This document shows positions 54,474 to 55,886 of a DNA stretch of 55,886 nt, in pieces. Within the stretch, counting starts at the first letter, position 1. Every line of letters starts with the position of its first letter. Below the pieces are notes generated by a model. That model worked only from the letters and a program-made list of their open reading frames with translations. It made no database searches and was not told where the DNA came from. The stretch is taken from positions 1 through 55,886 of the forward strand of contig PUON01000057.1 of assembly GCA_003552125.1 (NCBI GenBank). The letters are read 5' to 3'. This DNA is from Dehalococcoidia bacterium (GTDB taxonomy: Bacteria; Chloroflexota; Dehalococcoidia; GIF9; AB-539-J10). A program made the translations under genes and the position numbers.

Positions 54474-55592
54474 GTGTCGCATCGAAGGATTGTCATCAAG
54501 GTAGGTACTACACTGCTCACCTCAGGGCGGGATCACCTCGACCTCTCCGTGATCGCGATGCTCGTGGAACAGATCGCCCAACTGCACGCCCGGGGTAGAG
54601 AGGTGATACTTGTCTCCTCCGGTGCAGTGGCAGCAGGACGGGAACGGATTCGGCGGCGGATCGCCACTGGCGTAAGCGGTACCCCTCTGAAGCAGGTTCT
54701 GGCTTCGATAGGACAGAGCCACCTCATGAGCACGTACGAAATGCTGTTCTCACGACATGACATAATCACTGCGCAGGCGTTGCTCACACGTGAGTGTCTC
54801 ATGGATCGCTCCGGGTATCTGAATGCCCGGAATACCTTGCTGACATTGTGTGACATGGGCGCTGTCTGCATTGTCAATGAGAACGACGTGGTCGCGGTGG
54901 AAGAACTGGAGGAGCGCCGCTTCGGCGACAACGATAATCTGTCGGCAATGGTCTCGAACCTGGTTGATGCGGACCGTCTGATCATCCTGACCGATACTGG
55001 TGGTCTCTATAGTGCCGATCCCCGGCTATATCCCGATGCTGAGCTCATTCCATTGGTGGAAGCGATCGGCCCGTCCATTGTGGCTCGTGCAGGTGGAACG
55101 CTGAGTGGACAGGGTGTTGGAGGCATGCACACGAAGATAGAGGCTGCGCGGCTCGCGACGTCCTCAGGTGTTGACGTGGTCATTGCAAGTGGTTACGAGG
55201 CAAATGCGCTGCTCAGGTTGGATGACGGTGAACGCATTGGCACGCTTTTTCCCGCGACCAGCAGCAAACTTGAGAGTCGGAAGCGCTGGATGGCCAGCGG
55301 CCTTGCTTCCCACGGCCGCATTGCCGTGGACAATGGTGCCGTGCGTGCAATCAAGAAGGCTACGGGGAGTTTGCTTCCTGCGGGTATCGTTGCGTTTCAT
55401 GGCACCTTTGGGCGTGGTGATATTGTCGACATCGTCTCCGAGCGGGGAGAGCGCGTGGCCTCTGGCATTGTTAACTATGACTGTGCTGACGTCCGGAAGG
55501 TGCAGGGCCTGCATTCTGATCGCATACCTGAAGTGCTGGAACATGCGTACGGGGACGAAATAATTCATCGTAACAACATGGTGGTGTACTAG
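54474..55592 (+). CDS. proB: Glutamate 5-kinase with PUA domain
   Basis: IVIKVGT, VSSGAVAAG, NENDVV, FGDNDNLSA, GGMHTKIEAA, C-terminal IHRNNMV. GTG 54474 chosen as start. Confidence 0.95.
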   Translation: MSHRRIVIKVGTTLLTSGRDHLDLSVIAMLVEQIAQLHARGREVILVSSGAVAAGRERIRRRIATGVSGTPLKQVLASIGQSHLMSTYEMLFSRHDIITAQALLTRECLMDRSGYLNARNTLLTLCDMGAVCIVNENDVVAVEELEERRFGDNDNLSAMVSNLVDADRLIILTDTGGLYSADPRLYPDAELIPLVEAIGPSIVARAGGTLSGQGVGGMHTKIEAARLATSSGVDVVIASGYEANALLRLDDGERIGTLFPATSSKLESRKRWMASGLASHGRIAVDNGAVRAIKKATGSLLPAGIVAFHGTFGRGDIVDIVSERGERVASGIVNYDCADVRKVQGLHSDRIPEVLEHAYGDEIIHRNNMVVY

Positions 55593-55604
55593 CGAGGAGG
55601 AACA

Positions 55605-55886
55605 GTGGAGCATGCACTGCGTGAACTCGAGTCAAAGGCGCAGCGGGCGCGGGAGGCTACCGGTCGACTCGGATATCTGTCGACCACGGTGAAGAATCGT
55701 GCTCTCAAGTCCGTTGCCACGGCGCTTCAAGATGGCAGCAGCCGCGTGCTTGCGGCTAATCGGGAAGACTACGACGAAGCGCGCGCCTCTGGAATGAATG
55801 CGGCGATGCTCGATCGCCTGCTGCTCACCGATGAACGAATCGATGCCATGGCGCGGGATGTGCTGACGGTGGCCGCCCTGCCGGAC
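55605..55886 (+). CDS. proA: Gamma-glutamyl phosphate reductase, N-terminal part (truncated by window edge)
   Basis: GTG after GAGGAGG. Manual translation ...KNRALKSVATAL...LAANRED...MLDRLLLTDERIDAMARDVLTVAALPD, directly after proB. Confidence 0.93.
   Translation, partial: MEHALRELESKAQRAREATGRLGYLSTTVKNRALKSVATALQDGSSRVLAANREDYDEARASGMNAAMLDRLLLTDERIDAMARDVLTVAALPD

Noticed and set aside
1-55886. CRISPR arrays, IS elements, integrases, prophage or defence genes
   Set aside because: No regularly spaced repeats, terminal inverted repeats, or transposase, recombinase, phage or defence motifs were recognised in any ORF.

Overview
A ~60% GC bacterial chromosomal window, almost entirely core housekeeping. 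Gene order and protein style suggest an anaerobic Chloroflexota (Dehalococcoidia-like) genome; this is inference. From left to right: (1) a possibly accessory LuxE-like / transglutaminase-like / GPH-transporter cluster abutting the 3' end of tRNA-His; (2) a sigma70 factor; (3) two acyl-CoA dehydrogenases plus a carboxyltransferase; (4) CorC-family, tilS, truB, hisA and hisI genes; (5) rplU-rpmA-rpmE; (6) a FAS-II cluster (MaoC pair, plsX, acpP, fabL, fabF, fabG); (7) rpsU, serA, tyrS, ribF; (8) a nine-gene aroF-B-D-E-K-A-C-pheA-tyrA operon; (9) a corrinoid methyltransferase pair, thiolase, rho, transaldolase, pyrG, two tandem folD, acs-satP, mfd, proB and the start of proA. No CRISPR array, rRNA, IS element or prophage gene was seen. 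Strongest observations: (a) an unannotated 26-aa leader peptide with seven Phe/Tyr/Trp codons, plus mutually exclusive antiterminator and terminator hairpins, upstream of the whole shikimate operon, i.e. a candidate attenuator sensing all three aromatic amino acids; (b) a syntenic CTP synthase whose glutaminase nucleophile Cys and glutamine-binding motifs are replaced; (c) tandem FolD paralogues, one with a rebuilt cofactor site; (d) an ATT-initiated rplU; (e) a 57-aa four-Cys protein downstream of rho. All functional statements are predictions from manual reading, without database searches.
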